Translations under genes and position numbers: made by a program
From: a virus
Taxonomy: Duplodnaviria > Caudoviricetes
Length of the DNA stretch: 56,410 bases
Reading direction: 5' to 3' (one strand)
IMG/VR virus record: IMGVR_UViG_3300031759_000027
Location: 1 to 56,410 of that record
The notes under the pieces: model-generated
Databases searched by the model: none
Told to the model about the DNA's origin: nothing
The model's input: the letters and a program-made list of their open reading frames with translations, nothing else
In this document: piece by piece, positions 8,960 through 18,020 of the stretch
Layout: the number at the start of each line of letters is the position of its first letter
Position numbering within the stretch: the stretch's first letter is position 1

Positions 8960-9140
8960 AGGAGTTGATCCAGTTCATATTGGGGTCTACCAGACTGTTT
9001 TAAAGGGCGGTCTTATAGGATATCAATATTGGACTGGTAGATACTGGTCGCTGCAATCAACTACTATTGATGGAGCTGACGAGTGGCAAGGTTGGAGAAC
9101 AAGCTGGAAAACTAAACAATGGAGAGGAATTTTAAAATGA
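8934..9140 (+). CDS. Hypothetical Trp-rich protein
   Basis: Paralog of preceding C-terminal domain. Confidence 0.65.
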   Translation: MKLSPWFPKGVDPVHIGVYQTVLKGGLIGYQYWTGRYWSLQSTTIDGADEWQGWRTSWKTKQWRGILK

Positions 9141-9367
9141 CTGCAAATGACAAAAACTTACTAAAGCAAATGATTGAGCGCGGTAGATTTAATGGCGCGA
9201 TCTATGACTTACTAGTTAAACAAAATGAGATTAACGCCAAAGAGATGATTGCTCAGATGGGAAATAAGTGGTGTTTGCACAAGGATAACCAAGTAAAGAG
9301 ATTAGACGTACCTCTGCCGCTTCTAAGCGACCTAAGAATCAGTAAGATCTTAAAGGCCAGAAGATGA
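9137..9367 (+). CDS. Hypothetical protein
   Basis: GAGG SD, ATGA overlaps on both sides. Confidence 0.6.
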   Translation: MTANDKNLLKQMIERGRFNGAIYDLLVKQNEINAKEMIAQMGNKWCLHKDNQVKRLDVPLPLLSDLRISKILKARR

Positions 9368-9540
9368 CAGCTGAGATTATTCCATTGGCTCCTCCACTAA
9401 TAATTGAGGAGCGCTGCTCATTTTGTGATGCTGCAAAAACATCAACAAAAGCTTTAATTGGTAGCGGAAACGGACATTATATTTGTGATGCCTGTGTCCG
9501 CCTAGCTAAGCAAAGAATGGCTCCAAAGGAGACAGCATGA
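9364..9540 (+). CDS. ClpX C4-type zinc-finger-like small protein (58 aa)
   Basis: Hand translation: RCSFCDAAKTSTKALIGSGNGHYICDACV, matching the CSFC...LI.G...IC..CV pattern. Confidence 0.7.
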   Translation: MTAEIIPLAPPLIIEERCSFCDAAKTSTKALIGSGNGHYICDACVRLAKQRMAPKETA

Positions 9541-9640
9541 AATTTAGTTGGGCAGATAAGATAGCGCAAGCTGTAGCCATTATTGCGGCAGTCATTATAT
9601 TATCAGCCATTAGGCTTTCCATCAAATTAGGAGGATTTTC

Positions 9641-10198
9641 ATGATTTATTTAGAGTACGCACTATTGGCTGTAATTAACATCTTTGTGACTTTACTAGCC
9701 ATTCTTCTGGCTCCAATTTTGCCCTTGTTTGCGTCAAATAAGTCAGGGCCAATTAACAATGGATCGGGTGTCGGAGTAGAACCAAGATTGCCGTCGTGGC
9801 TAAATTGGTTTCAGACACCAGATAACAGCTTGTTAGGTGATGATACCTTCATCATTGACAATCTAGATGTGCCTATGTATTGGCATCAAGTAAAATGGCT
9901 TCTACGAAATCCAGCGTACAGCTTTGCTTTAAGATATATCCCTGGATTAACACCTGCCACCTTTACTGGCAACAATCTCATTAAGGATAACGACAATGCC
10001 GTTGCAGGACATCTCACAGTGCACGCCGACAGTTTATTTCAGTATACTTTGGTTAGGCAACTTTTTGGTTCTTCTAGGTGTCTTTACGTTAATTTTGGTT
10101 GGAATATTCGTGCTCTCGTTGACCCTAACGTTAAAAGACAAGATCGTCCGTATGAAGCAACGTTTGTTTTTTCACCTAGGATTTCAGGATTTAGATAA
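9641..10198 (+). CDS. Phage membrane-anchored hypothetical protein
   Basis: AGGAGG SD; N-terminal TM segment; LP.WL.WFQTPDN.L.GD...WL.RNPAY. Confidence 0.7.
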   Translation: MIYLEYALLAVINIFVTLLAILLAPILPLFASNKSGPINNGSGVGVEPRLPSWLNWFQTPDNSLLGDDTFIIDNLDVPMYWHQVKWLLRNPAYSFALRYIPGLTPATFTGNNLIKDNDNAVAGHLTVHADSLFQYTLVRQLFGSSRCLYVNFGWNIRALVDPNVKRQDRPYEATFVFSPRISGFR

Positions 10199-10386
10199 TG
10201 ACAAAGATTAAACACACGCCATCAATTCAAGTACTACCATCAACAAAGATCTACGATGGAAAAGAATTAAAAAAGAAAAATCATCTTCGTCCAGGCGCTT
10301 ACAGCTTAGATACAACACCTAGCTTATATTGCGGGGTGTTGTACTTTCCAAATGGTGCCACAAAGGAGTTCGTAAATCATGAATGA
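10198..10386 (+). CDS. Hypothetical protein
   Basis: TAATG coupling to upstream gene. Confidence 0.55.
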   Translation: MTKIKHTPSIQVLPSTKIYDGKELKKKNHLRPGAYSLDTTPSLYCGVLYFPNGATKEFVNHE

Positions 10387-10555
10387 TCACCAACATTGTG
10401 AAAAGCCTTGTGATGATAATGAATGTAAATCCCTACGACGGATGCCAATCCAACGGCCAATGAGTCATAAGGAGGCTGATGATCTTCTTAACATAATTGG
10501 AAATGGCAGCTTTGCCTTAATCAGAGCCGTTGAACGATTTCATGGGATTGAATAA
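10379..10555 (+). CDS. Hypothetical protein (58 aa)
   Basis: AAGGAG SD; hand translation MNDHQHCEKPC... Confidence 0.55.
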   Translation: MNDHQHCEKPCDDNECKSLRRMPIQRPMSHKEADDLLNIIGNGSFALIRAVERFHGIE

Positions 10556-10701
10556 TGTCTGCCTGGCTTATCATCGTCACAGGTATGATTTACTCATATA
10601 TTGCCTGCGAGCAGCTCTACCGTGGAAATGTTTGGATGGCTGTTGTTTACTTCGGGTATTCATTCTCAAATATTGGCTTGTACATGTTAGCTACTAAATG
10701 A
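10555..10701 (+). CDS. Small membrane protein (48 aa)
   Basis: Hand translation MSAWLIIVTGMIYSYIACEQ...; two hydrophobic segments; TAATG coupling. Confidence 0.6.
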   Translation: MSAWLIIVTGMIYSYIACEQLYRGNVWMAVVYFGYSFSNIGLYMLATK

Positions 10702-10722
10702 CTTATAAACGAGTCATTTAGT
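10693..10722. terminator. Hairpin at the convergence of the two gene blocks
   Basis: ACTAAATGACT / AGTCATTTAGT 11-bp inverted repeat with 8-nt loop between converging stops; no strong U tract. Confidence 0.55.
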
Positions 10723-10724
10723 AC

Positions 10725-11144
10725 TTATAGGTTGTAAGTTTTAATAGGTTCGTGACTCTTTAGATCAACATTACAAGCCCATTTGACAGCCTCTTCAGCA
10801 GTTAGACCCATGCGCATGCAAACTTCAGCAGCCATGGCGCCAGATCCAATTGCCATAAAAGTTTTAGCTCTTTCCCATTCAAGATCTTCACCACAGTAAA
10901 AGAGACCTTCTTTAGTTAGCTTGATAAAAGAACTATCAGGCTTAAGCTTTGGTTTTACTTTACTCTTTTTGTTAATGTACTCGACTACCTTGTCACAATC
11001 ACTCCAGTTGCCAGCCACCCCTAACCACCCACCTTCAATCGGCACAATTTTCTCTTCAAAGTACTTAATGCCAGTGTCCTCATCTGAAAATTGACTGTCA
11101 GACACCAGAATTTTATTAGTCCAATCACCAACGATAGTAGTCAT
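10725..11144 (-). CDS. Ntn-hydrolase (HslV/proteasome beta-like) protein
   Basis: N-terminal MTTI (Thr nucleophile), DSQ, K, GVAG, AIGSGA, AV..A...D..S. Confidence 0.75.
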   Translation of the reverse strand: MTTIVGDWTNKILVSDSQFSDEDTGIKYFEEKIVPIEGGWLGVAGNWSDCDKVVEYINKKSKVKPKLKPDSSFIKLTKEGLFYCGEDLEWERAKTFMAIGSGAMAAEVCMRMGLTAEEAVKWACNVDLKSHEPIKTYNL

Positions 11145-11146
11145 AA

Positions 11147-12124
11147 TTACACCTTATTTATGCAACCTCTAAATTCAAACTCGTCTTCACCTGACACCAT
11201 AATGAGCTCAGGCATTAGCATCCTACCATTTTCAAATGACAGTAAGACAAAACCAGATCGCCAATCTGTTGGTGCGTCCTCGATGTAGTGAATAAACGCC
11301 TCAGATTTAGGATCTGCCAATGTACCAGTCTGCACACCCCATCGTGTTCCGTTGTAATCTGTTATTGGGGCGGCTGATAGATTGTGCGTGTGGCCAGTGA
11401 TCATGTTGACGCCGGAGTTTAATGCGTTTGCCCGACCAGCCCCAAAACCACCTTTCCAGCGATGTTTGATGCAGGTATCTTCATTTACCCAAAAGCTCCA
11501 GCAACTCTTCCAGAATGGGAAGTGATCTTTTAATGTAAAGCCTTGGACACCTTCATACGAGGTTGCACCAGAATTGCTCAGGAACGTCTCAAATCTAGCG
11601 TCGTGATTACCTAAGCACCAGATCAGTTCAGCGTTTCCTGCAAGCTTCTCGATGCCTCCCATGAATTCCTGGCAGGCTTCTAGTTCTTCTTTGACAGTTG
11701 GTGTTGATGACCAGTTAATTCGTGGGTGCCTAGAAGCTTGTGAACCATCAAAGATATCACCATTAGCCACAATTGCTTTAATCTCGCCCTTAAATGTTTT
11801 AAGGACCGCTAGCAAAGCCCTATACGCAGTGGTGACTTCATCTGGTTGAAAATGAGCGTCAGAGAATACAACAACCCGACCCTTTTTAATGTCCATCCCG
11901 CGGCGGACATGGCCATTAGTCTGTTCGATCTTTTTGATAATTTCAAATGGCCTACCTGGCCCACTCTTTGACACAAGCTTAATGCCGTACTTAACTTCAA
12001 GCGAGCGTCTTCTAAAATAAACTGCTCTAATGTCAGTTGCTAAAGCTTTGCTGACTGCCGAGGCGCTTTTTAATTCATTCCAACACTTGATGAATGACTC
12101 ATCATCTACTATGTAACCTGGCAT
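11147..12124 (-). CDS. Calcineurin-like metallophosphoesterase with N-terminal HTH-like region
   Basis: SDAH, NGDIFD, GNHD, H, GHTH motifs. Confidence 0.88.
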   Translation of the reverse strand: MPGYIVDDESFIKCWNELKSASAVSKALATDIRAVYFRRRSLEVKYGIKLVSKSGPGRPFEIIKKIEQTNGHVRRGMDIKKGRVVVFSDAHFQPDEVTTAYRALLAVLKTFKGEIKAIVANGDIFDGSQASRHPRINWSSTPTVKEELEACQEFMGGIEKLAGNAELIWCLGNHDARFETFLSNSGATSYEGVQGFTLKDHFPFWKSCWSFWVNEDTCIKHRWKGGFGAGRANALNSGVNMITGHTHNLSAAPITDYNGTRWGVQTGTLADPKSEAFIHYIEDAPTDWRSGFVLLSFENGRMLMPELIMVSGEDEFEFRGCINKV

Positions 12125-12133
12125 AGAACTCCT

Positions 12134-12316
12134 TTATTTTAGGTGGTATTTATCCCTACATGGTGCGCATACATTAAAGACCAGTCTTGGTGAGTATTCA
12201 CCACAGAGTTCGCATTCACCAGGCTCGCCTTTTGGCATAGGCTTAGCGGCTCGGAGCCTGGCGGCTCGAATGACCGCTTCTATTTCATGTTCTGCGTCGT
12301 CTGCAATATCACTCAT
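12134..12316 (-). CDS. TraR/DksA-like C4 zinc-finger protein
   Basis: MSDIADDA (DxxDxA) N-terminus; CELC...CAPC. Confidence 0.65.
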   Translation of the reverse strand: MSDIADDAEHEIEAVIRAARLRAAKPMPKGEPGECELCGEYSPRLVFNVCAPCRDKYHLK

Positions 12317-12807
12317 TTTGGCCAACTCTTATCAAACATTTGAAGATCTAGTTCTGTTGTGTCAGCATGTCCTGCCAACGCTGAATATTCTGCTGTGCAC
12401 TCTGTGACCACTGTTGTGAGGGTTTCGACTCGCTTCTCGAGGGCTTGTCTGGAATAGTAGGACAGATTAAGGTTGTACTTGGCGGTTGATTCGCGCAGCT
12501 TGCTAGTAAGCTGATTGTTAGTACTAGTAAGAGTAGCAAGCTTTTGCTTTTGAATGTTGAGTTCATTTTGGGCCTCATTAAGTTGGTGTTGAAGTTCTTT
12601 TGTTTTTTCTGCGGCGGCTTTTAGATCCTTAATGCCTTGCACCTGCTCTTCAGAAATCCGTCGTTGATAGCCAACGTTTTCAAAGTGTTTTGCAGTCCCG
12701 TAAAGACCAGCAATGACTAAAGCAATGGCAGTCAGTATGGCGCCAATTTTTACCCAGATTGACATGCCACCCGATGCCGTATCTACAACATCTCCGATTA
12801 GACTCAT
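12313..12807 (-). CDS. Rz-like inner-membrane spanin
   Basis: N-terminal TM helix, coiled coil, follows endolysin, embedded lipoprotein gene. Confidence 0.75.
   Translation of the reverse strand: MSLIGDVVDTASGGMSIWVKIGAILTAIALVIAGLYGTAKHFENVGYQRRISEEQVQGIKDLKAAAEKTKELQHQLNEAQNELNIQKQKLATLTSTNNQLTSKLRESTAKYNLNLSYYSRQALEKRVETLTTVVTECTAEYSALAGHADTTELDLQMFDKSWPK
12348..12578 (-). CDS. Rz1-like outer-membrane spanin (embedded)
   Basis: Signal peptide with lipobox LASC, Pro-rich mature part, nested in another frame of Rz; exact start uncertain. Confidence 0.75.
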   Translation of the reverse strand: MRPKMNSTFKSKSLLLLLVLTISLLASCANQPPSTTLICPTIPDKPSRSESKPSQQWSQSAQQNIQRWQDMLTQQN

Positions 12808-13289
12808 GATAGTCCTTCCATGCAGACAGCTACTTCAGCAGCTCTGCGTTTTGTTAAACCAGGCAGCGGAACTAACTTGCCACCAACTTTTGCCTTATTC
12901 CACTTAGGAAGCTGCTGACATGCCTCTTTAAGTTTACCGGCTTTTAAAAGACGCGCCGCAGTTGATCTAGAGGTGTCACAGGCTGCAGTTCTTCCTTCGT
13001 TATAGGTAACATCACCAAAAGCACCTAAGACGTTTGCTGGAAGCCCTGGCACACAATGCTCTACAATCTCAACGGCTTTTTTCATATCATCATTCATGAA
13101 TTGATCACACTCAGCAAGACTGTACTTCTTCCCGATGACAACGTCATGACCAGTGTGACCACGGCAAACGGTTAAGATGCCGCCTGTGTCGTCGTACGCG
13201 TATTGACGTAAGCCTTCTGCAGGAACAGCTAAAGCTGTTGCTATGGCAGTTGCTGCAATGATCCGGCGTTGATTATCTGTGAGACTCAT
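12804..13289 (-). CDS. Endolysin, GH24 lysozyme, probable SAR type
   Basis: E-x8-D-x5-T triad (EGLRQYAYDDTGGILT), Ala-rich N-terminal anchor, GL..RR..E. Confidence 0.9.
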   Translation of the reverse strand: MSLTDNQRRIIAATAIATALAVPAEGLRQYAYDDTGGILTVCRGHTGHDVVIGKKYSLAECDQFMNDDMKKAVEIVEHCVPGLPANVLGAFGDVTYNEGRTAACDTSRSTAARLLKAGKLKEACQQLPKWNKAKVGGKLVPLPGLTKRRAAEVAVCMEGLS

Positions 13290-13489
13290 ACGTTTTGTTG
13301 GCGAACCAATCTAGAGACATACGCGCCAGCAACTGCAAGAATGATAAGAGCCGTAAAGACATCTCTTGGAATCACATCAGTGTACATTGGAAGAACTACC
13401 TGCGCGACCTCGCAAATAACCGCCAATTCCATGAATCTTAATGACCATGCTTCTTTGACGATTGTCTTCCAGTTGTCGTAAAGTTTCAT
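13286..13489 (-). CDS. Holin
   Basis: 67 aa, two TM segments, NWK...AWS...RLV.Q; directly upstream of endolysin. Confidence 0.75.
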   Translation of the reverse strand: MKLYDNWKTIVKEAWSLRFMELAVICEVAQVVLPMYTDVIPRDVFTALIILAVAGAYVSRLVRQQNV

Positions 13490-13752
13490 TTTGGACGACT
13501 CATCATTTCAATACGATCAAAGCGGTCGTCCAAGTACTTTTTTAAGTTTTCAACAATCGCATTGATTTCAGTCTTTGGGTAGTGATTCTCAGCAATCTTT
13601 ACCTCCAACGTCTGCAACTTTGAAGCATCTGCCTCATGCTTCTTATAGAGATCTTCTAATTGAGCTTCTTGCGCAGCATCTTTTTTAGCTAGCAGATAGC
13701 CCATAATTCCAACAACAACTGCACACACTACACCAATGATTGCCGAATCCAT
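13486..13752 (-). CDS. Single-TM coiled-coil protein of the lysis cassette
   Basis: N-terminal TM, GGAG SD, position. Confidence 0.65.
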   Translation of the reverse strand: MDSAIIGVVCAVVVGIMGYLLAKKDAAQEAQLEDLYKKHEADASKLQTLEVKIAENHYPKTEINAIVENLKKYLDDRFDRIEMMSRPK

Positions 13753-13768
13753 ACTACTCTCCCTATTG

Positions 13769-14095
13769 TTAATTTTCGTTGATGTCTTTGGATGGCGCAG
13801 CCATTGGAAGGGCTGATAATCCGCTTAGAAAAACTTGTCTGCTTGCTTGATTTGCATCAACCATCTCGTTTCTAAATGATTCTACAGCTGCCGCTGTGCT
13901 CATTTGTTGACGAGAATTTTCTACCAAAAGAACAGGTAGCCAGGCCATTGCGCAACCATTTTCATCTACAGTTTCGCCAGTGTTTGGATTTGTACCAGCT
14001 AACTTCGTAAACCAAATGCAGCGATGCATCTGATTATTTTTGATTTCTTCGCACTTGCTGCCTAATGGGCAAGTAAGAACTGTTTTAGTTTCCAC
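13769..14095 (-). CDS. Cys-rich fibre-associated protein, copy 1
   Basis: AGGAG SD and GTG at 14095; CPL...C...C.WF...GCAMAWLP...AAVESFRNEMV shared with 36311..36619. Confidence 0.75.
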   Translation of the reverse strand: METKTVLTCPLGSKCEEIKNNQMHRCIWFTKLAGTNPNTGETVDENGCAMAWLPVLLVENSRQQMSTAAAVESFRNEMVDANQASRQVFLSGLSALPMAAPSKDINEN

Positions 14096-14336
14096 TTGCT
14101 GGCTCCTCAACAGTTTGCGCAGATTCTTCAACTGCTTCAGGTTCAGCGGCAGGCCCTGTCAAAGTCCAAGCTTCCCCGTTCCAAATCGCCTCTTGACCTT
14201 CTGGGATTGTCGGAGGTGCAATAAGCGTCGTGTGTGGAGGCATGTGAATTGGTTGATCTTCTTGATGGACAATTTGATACTCACCAATATATTGGTTATG
14301 TGTACCCCATTGATATCCAGTAGTGGAAATTTCCAT
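14085..14336 (-). CDS. Tail fibre assembly-like protein
   Basis: Follows fibre gene; P..TTL.APP...G..A.W.G..W pattern. Confidence 0.65.
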   Translation of the reverse strand: MEISTTGYQWGTHNQYIGEYQIVHQEDQPIHMPPHTTLIAPPTIPEGQEAIWNGEAWTLTGPAAEPEAVEESAQTVEEPASGN

Positions 14337-14346
14337 TTTTCAGTCC

Positions 14347-15108
14347 TTAGTTTTTCTGACAGATGATTAAATTAACGTATCTTGGAGACCAGTTTTGTTG
14401 ACTAGAGCCGCCATCAGTTCCACCTGAGTGGGAGTGATTGATGTCAGTATTATATATGCCAATGCCTGTTGCAGCACCAGCAGTGGTACCACCTCCGTCG
14501 TAGCTAGCATTTACACCGCCGTCAACTAAGTTACCACCATTGCCGTCCCAGTTTGTTTGAACTATAAATTGAGTGCCATGCAAAGGTGAATGAGCGTGAC
14601 CAGGATCATATACACCATGGCTATGCGGATTATTTCCGCTCATACCACCTGTTGTAAATCCGTGTGTATGGTATGGAACAACATTCATGATTGTAGGATC
14701 TGCGCTACCACCTACACCACCGCCTGCTGTACTAACAACTCTCATCATACGATTGTTTGCAGTGTCTGAAGTATCTTGCGTCCAACCTGTTGGTGCAGCT
14801 GCCTGGGCGAAAACCATTCTTGTACCAGATGGGACAAAGATATTCTTAATGGCAGTTGTTAAGTTAGTAACAAACCCGCTTAAGTTGCCATCATCGTTTG
14901 CGTTGTTTCCGTCATTGGCAATGAGTTGAGCAACTGCAGCGGCTACAAATGTCGCTTGACGCCAAACAGTATTTGCTTGCTGAGACGATGCAAGACCTGG
15001 TTGAAATCCTTGACCGACGACAGTTGTTAAAGCTGCGTAAGCAGTAGGTGTGAGCGTATTTGCACCTGATTGGGTGGCAAACGGCAAAAATTGATTAGTA
15101 CCTGACAT
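14347..15108 (-). CDS. Baseplate-attached tail fibre
   Basis: N.FLPFA...N.VWRQ anchor, collar-like APTGW, HxH tip repeats. Confidence 0.8.
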   Translation of the reverse strand: MSGTNQFLPFATQSGANTLTPTAYAALTTVVGQGFQPGLASSQQANTVWRQATFVAAAVAQLIANDGNNANDDGNLSGFVTNLTTAIKNIFVPSGTRMVFAQAAAPTGWTQDTSDTANNRMMRVVSTAGGGVGGSADPTIMNVVPYHTHGFTTGGMSGNNPHSHGVYDPGHAHSPLHGTQFIVQTNWDGNGGNLVDGGVNASYDGGGTTAGAATGIGIYNTDINHSHSGGTDGGSSQQNWSPRYVNLIICQKN

Positions 15109-15118
15109 AATCTAATCC

Positions 15119-15694
15119 TTATGGTGGGAAGTGGAAAGTTTGAAGGACACCAGCCGGTCTAAGTGGCAGATATCCATTTTGAAGCAGGCCAATTAGTAAT
15201 GCTGATGGCTTAGCTGAAAAGTAAACGTCGATCGTATCGTTTTGATTATCGACAAATGTAATTGTGATGCCAGTTCCTGAAAACACCTCTTGAAAATCAA
15301 CCAGATACTGCTCAGTAGAACCGTCCCATTGATTCGCTGCGATTTTTGCCTTAAGCATAATCCTATACGTGCCATCGTCCATGGTCACTGAATAGTTAAT
15401 TGGCTGTCCATTTCCATACCAGATACCTTGATCCCAACCTAGTCCTGTAGTGTCCCAACTAAAATAGACTAGTAACGGAGTTTGAATGGTTCTTGGAAGA
15501 CCAACCCATAAACCAATTGCGTCTAATTGCGCTCCAAATGCTACATCAATGTCATAAAGACTTGGTGTTGATTGTGCCAGCGCAATAGTATCTGCCCATG
15601 CTTGGCAAACACTTGACACCATGGACATAAATTTAGGAGCCGTCTGATATTCAGACGTGATCAAGCTGGTGTAGGGAGTAACGTTGCCGCTCAT
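15119..15694 (-). CDS. Baseplate wedge protein (DUF2612-like)
   Basis: D.A.G.QLD.IG.WVG..R, YR..LKAKI..N.WDG, P.GV. Confidence 0.85.
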   Translation of the reverse strand: MSGNVTPYTSLITSEYQTAPKFMSMVSSVCQAWADTIALAQSTPSLYDIDVAFGAQLDAIGLWVGLPRTIQTPLLVYFSWDTTGLGWDQGIWYGNGQPINYSVTMDDGTYRIMLKAKIAANQWDGSTEQYLVDFQEVFSGTGITITFVDNQNDTIDVYFSAKPSALLIGLLQNGYLPLRPAGVLQTFHFPP

Positions 15695-16881
15695 TAGGTC
15701 ACCGTCACAGTAATGTTAGAAGCTGCGCAATTGGCACCTTGATTATAGGCGATCGGAATATTTGACGTACCAGTTGGACTTGGAGCTGTTCCTAATCTAA
15801 AGTCTGTGATATAGAAAGTCTGACCTTCTGGCAATCCAATCATTGAAGCAATTGCTTGCACTTGCGAGATATAAACACTTTCTCCAATCGACAATCCCGT
15901 AACATAGTTAGTCAAGGCGCTAATGATATCGGCTGTTGTTGTGCTAACGTAACCCGCTAAAGCCTTAATTGTCACTGAGAAGTAAATGTTCACTTCGCCA
16001 AGCACAAAATAGTTGATGACGGATGTCAAACCAAGTGGACTTGTTTGGGTGTAGCTTGTTGTGCCGTAAGTTTGAATGCCTGGCGACTTGCGCTTAAAGA
16101 TTGCTGCAGTAATATCAGCTACTGAGCCACCCTCAACAATACAAGCAATCGCGTGAGCTGGCACACCATTAGCGTCAGTTGATCCTGTTGGGTTCTCGTA
16201 AACAGTGTAACGATTTACGCCGCTAACAGCTCCAATTGCTGCGTAAATTGATTCCCTGACAGACAAAGCTGGCGTAGCAACAGAAGCCGCTTGTCGTGTC
16301 CTAAGCGCTGCATCTGTTTCAATGGGTTCACCAACAACTGCTGGCGTAGTATTTGAGAAGGTCTGCCAACCAACTTGTGGGTTGTATATCTGGTTGATCG
16401 AAGCTACAACAGCTGAGATAGCTCCAGCTTGTTGCGCTGTTACTGTCACAGTAATTGATCCGCCGGTCGGGATGGTTACTGATGCCGGTAAGTTCCAAAG
16501 ATTTCCACTGGAATCTTGAACAACACCATTTGTGATGATGGTTCCTACCACGCCAGTAACTACGCCAGTTGCAGATGAGTTTGTTGCAATTGTCCTAGTC
16601 AACCCGTTAAGCTTAACTTGAGCTGACAATCCTGTACCTTGCGCATAGTAAGGTGAATAACCTTGAAAAACTGCTATCATCGCTTGGTTGCTGTCATTGA
16701 TTGCGGCTGCAATAACCGCTATGAATTGCCCGTCTTGCGAATCAGGGGCTACGTAAATATCTGACCCGTAAATATTTTGAAACGTTGCAATTAAGCTTTG
16801 ATAGATGTCAGCGTATTGTGGCGCTGAAATGCCAGAATTGCTAACTGTCGGGGCTAAGGTTGCTAGTGGATATGTGGCCAT
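15694..16881 (-). CDS. Baseplate J/gp47-like protein
   Basis: DGQ, ETDAALR.R, V.EN.T...D.NG.P.H; synteny. Confidence 0.85.
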   Translation of the reverse strand: MATYPLATLAPTVSNSGISAPQYADIYQSLIATFQNIYGSDIYVAPDSQDGQFIAVIAAAINDSNQAMIAVFQGYSPYYAQGTGLSAQVKLNGLTRTIATNSSATGVVTGVVGTIITNGVVQDSSGNLWNLPASVTIPTGGSITVTVTAQQAGAISAVVASINQIYNPQVGWQTFSNTTPAVVGEPIETDAALRTRQAASVATPALSVRESIYAAIGAVSGVNRYTVYENPTGSTDANGVPAHAIACIVEGGSVADITAAIFKRKSPGIQTYGTTSYTQTSPLGLTSVINYFVLGEVNIYFSVTIKALAGYVSTTTADIISALTNYVTGLSIGESVYISQVQAIASMIGLPEGQTFYITDFRLGTAPSPTGTSNIPIAYNQGANCAASNITVTVT

Positions 16882-16888
16882 AGTGATC

Positions 16889-17242
16889 TCATAGATTTAT
16901 TGCAAGTTGAGCTTGACCATACTGCGTATTGATTGTGCAGTTGACAAGAGCCGCTCGGGTTGTAGGATCTACTCCGCTGGCGTATGAATCGATACTAGTT
17001 ACCCCTTGGGTATCTAGAATGACTTGTTGAATTGCCGCATCGTAAGTAGAGATTGTGCCAGCTCCCAAAATTTGAGAGTTGTATGGTGTTCCGTAGGTTA
17101 TGTCTAAAAACCACTCACCTTCAAATACTTTTAATCTGGTCATAACAGCTTGAGCCACTGCAGCCGGAACATCCTGATAGAAATTCCCGCCTCCTAGGCC
17201 AAAGGTGTAATCACCGGTAGAAGATAGTTGACGATATTTCAT
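16889..17242 (-). CDS. Baseplate wedge/sheath initiator (gp25-like)
   Basis: AVAQAV.TRL...GEWFLD...G.P...T.GV. Confidence 0.8.
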   Translation of the reverse strand: MKYRQLSSTGDYTFGLGGGNFYQDVPAAVAQAVMTRLKVFEGEWFLDITYGTPYNSQILGAGTISTYDAAIQQVILDTQGVTSIDSYASGVDPTTRAALVNCTINTQYGQAQLAINL

Positions 17243-17244
17243 AA

Positions 17245-18018
17245 TTAGCCTGTAGGTAATCCTGTAGTGCCACCTTGAGGATCTGGGTGGGTGTGATGTC
17301 CGACAGTATGTCCATTGAAGGTGCCCTCGCCAGTGGCTGTGACAGGTCCTGTAATAGAAACTCCAGAACCTCCAGTTCCGCCATTTCCTGAGATACTGCC
17401 ATTAACTACTAAATTTCCATTGAGTGTTGTAGTTGGCGCATTAACAATCACCTGTGCGGCGTTAATCGTAACGTTTCCTGATGTGGTAACTGTTGATCCT
17501 GCTGGCGCGGTTAGGTTTATATGGTGGTCTGTTGTGATCTCTACGTAAGTTTCACCGGTATCAGTTCTTAACTGGACATTGCTAGTGCTAACAGACGGGA
17601 CAGTTCTAACTTGTGATCTTGGTCCAACTAGAGCAAAACCATCTGAAAGGTCATTCATTCTTAAAAGCGGTAGCTGGTTCTTATACCCGCCATTTTGCCA
17701 CCAGGTGTCAATGCAGCGCGATGAAAAGATCACAAGGCATTCGTCACCGTTCTTAATCGGAAAGGTCAGGGTAAAGCCGCCGCCAGACGGGTAAATGACT
17801 GGAACGTCTAATAGAACAGGAATCTCAACCTGGGATATCTCTGCGGTCTCAGGATCTTTCAGAGGGATCAAAACTGCTGGCTTTACTGTGCAGGTCATAG
17901 CAGAAGGATTAAATGACTGGATGATCCCTGGTAAAGCCGTCCAGACTTCTTTCTGGTGACCTTCCATTGCCGTTAAGATGGCAAGCGTATTATTCTCGTA
18001 GCGCTCGTTCCGGTTCAT
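17245..18018 (-). CDS. Baseplate central spike
   Basis: T.LPG.I, DVPV..P.GG, GDECLV.F..RCID.W, C-terminal HTH metal tip; start moved to ATG 18018. Confidence 0.85.
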   Translation of the reverse strand: MNRNERYENNTLAILTAMEGHQKEVWTALPGIIQSFNPSAMTCTVKPAVLIPLKDPETAEISQVEIPVLLDVPVIYPSGGGFTLTFPIKNGDECLVIFSSRCIDTWWQNGGYKNQLPLLRMNDLSDGFALVGPRSQVRTVPSVSTSNVQLRTDTGETYVEITTDHHINLTAPAGSTVTTSGNVTINAAQVIVNAPTTTLNGNLVVNGSISGNGGTGGSGVSITGPVTATGEGTFNGHTVGHHTHPDPQGGTTGLPTG

Positions 18019-18020
18019 TC

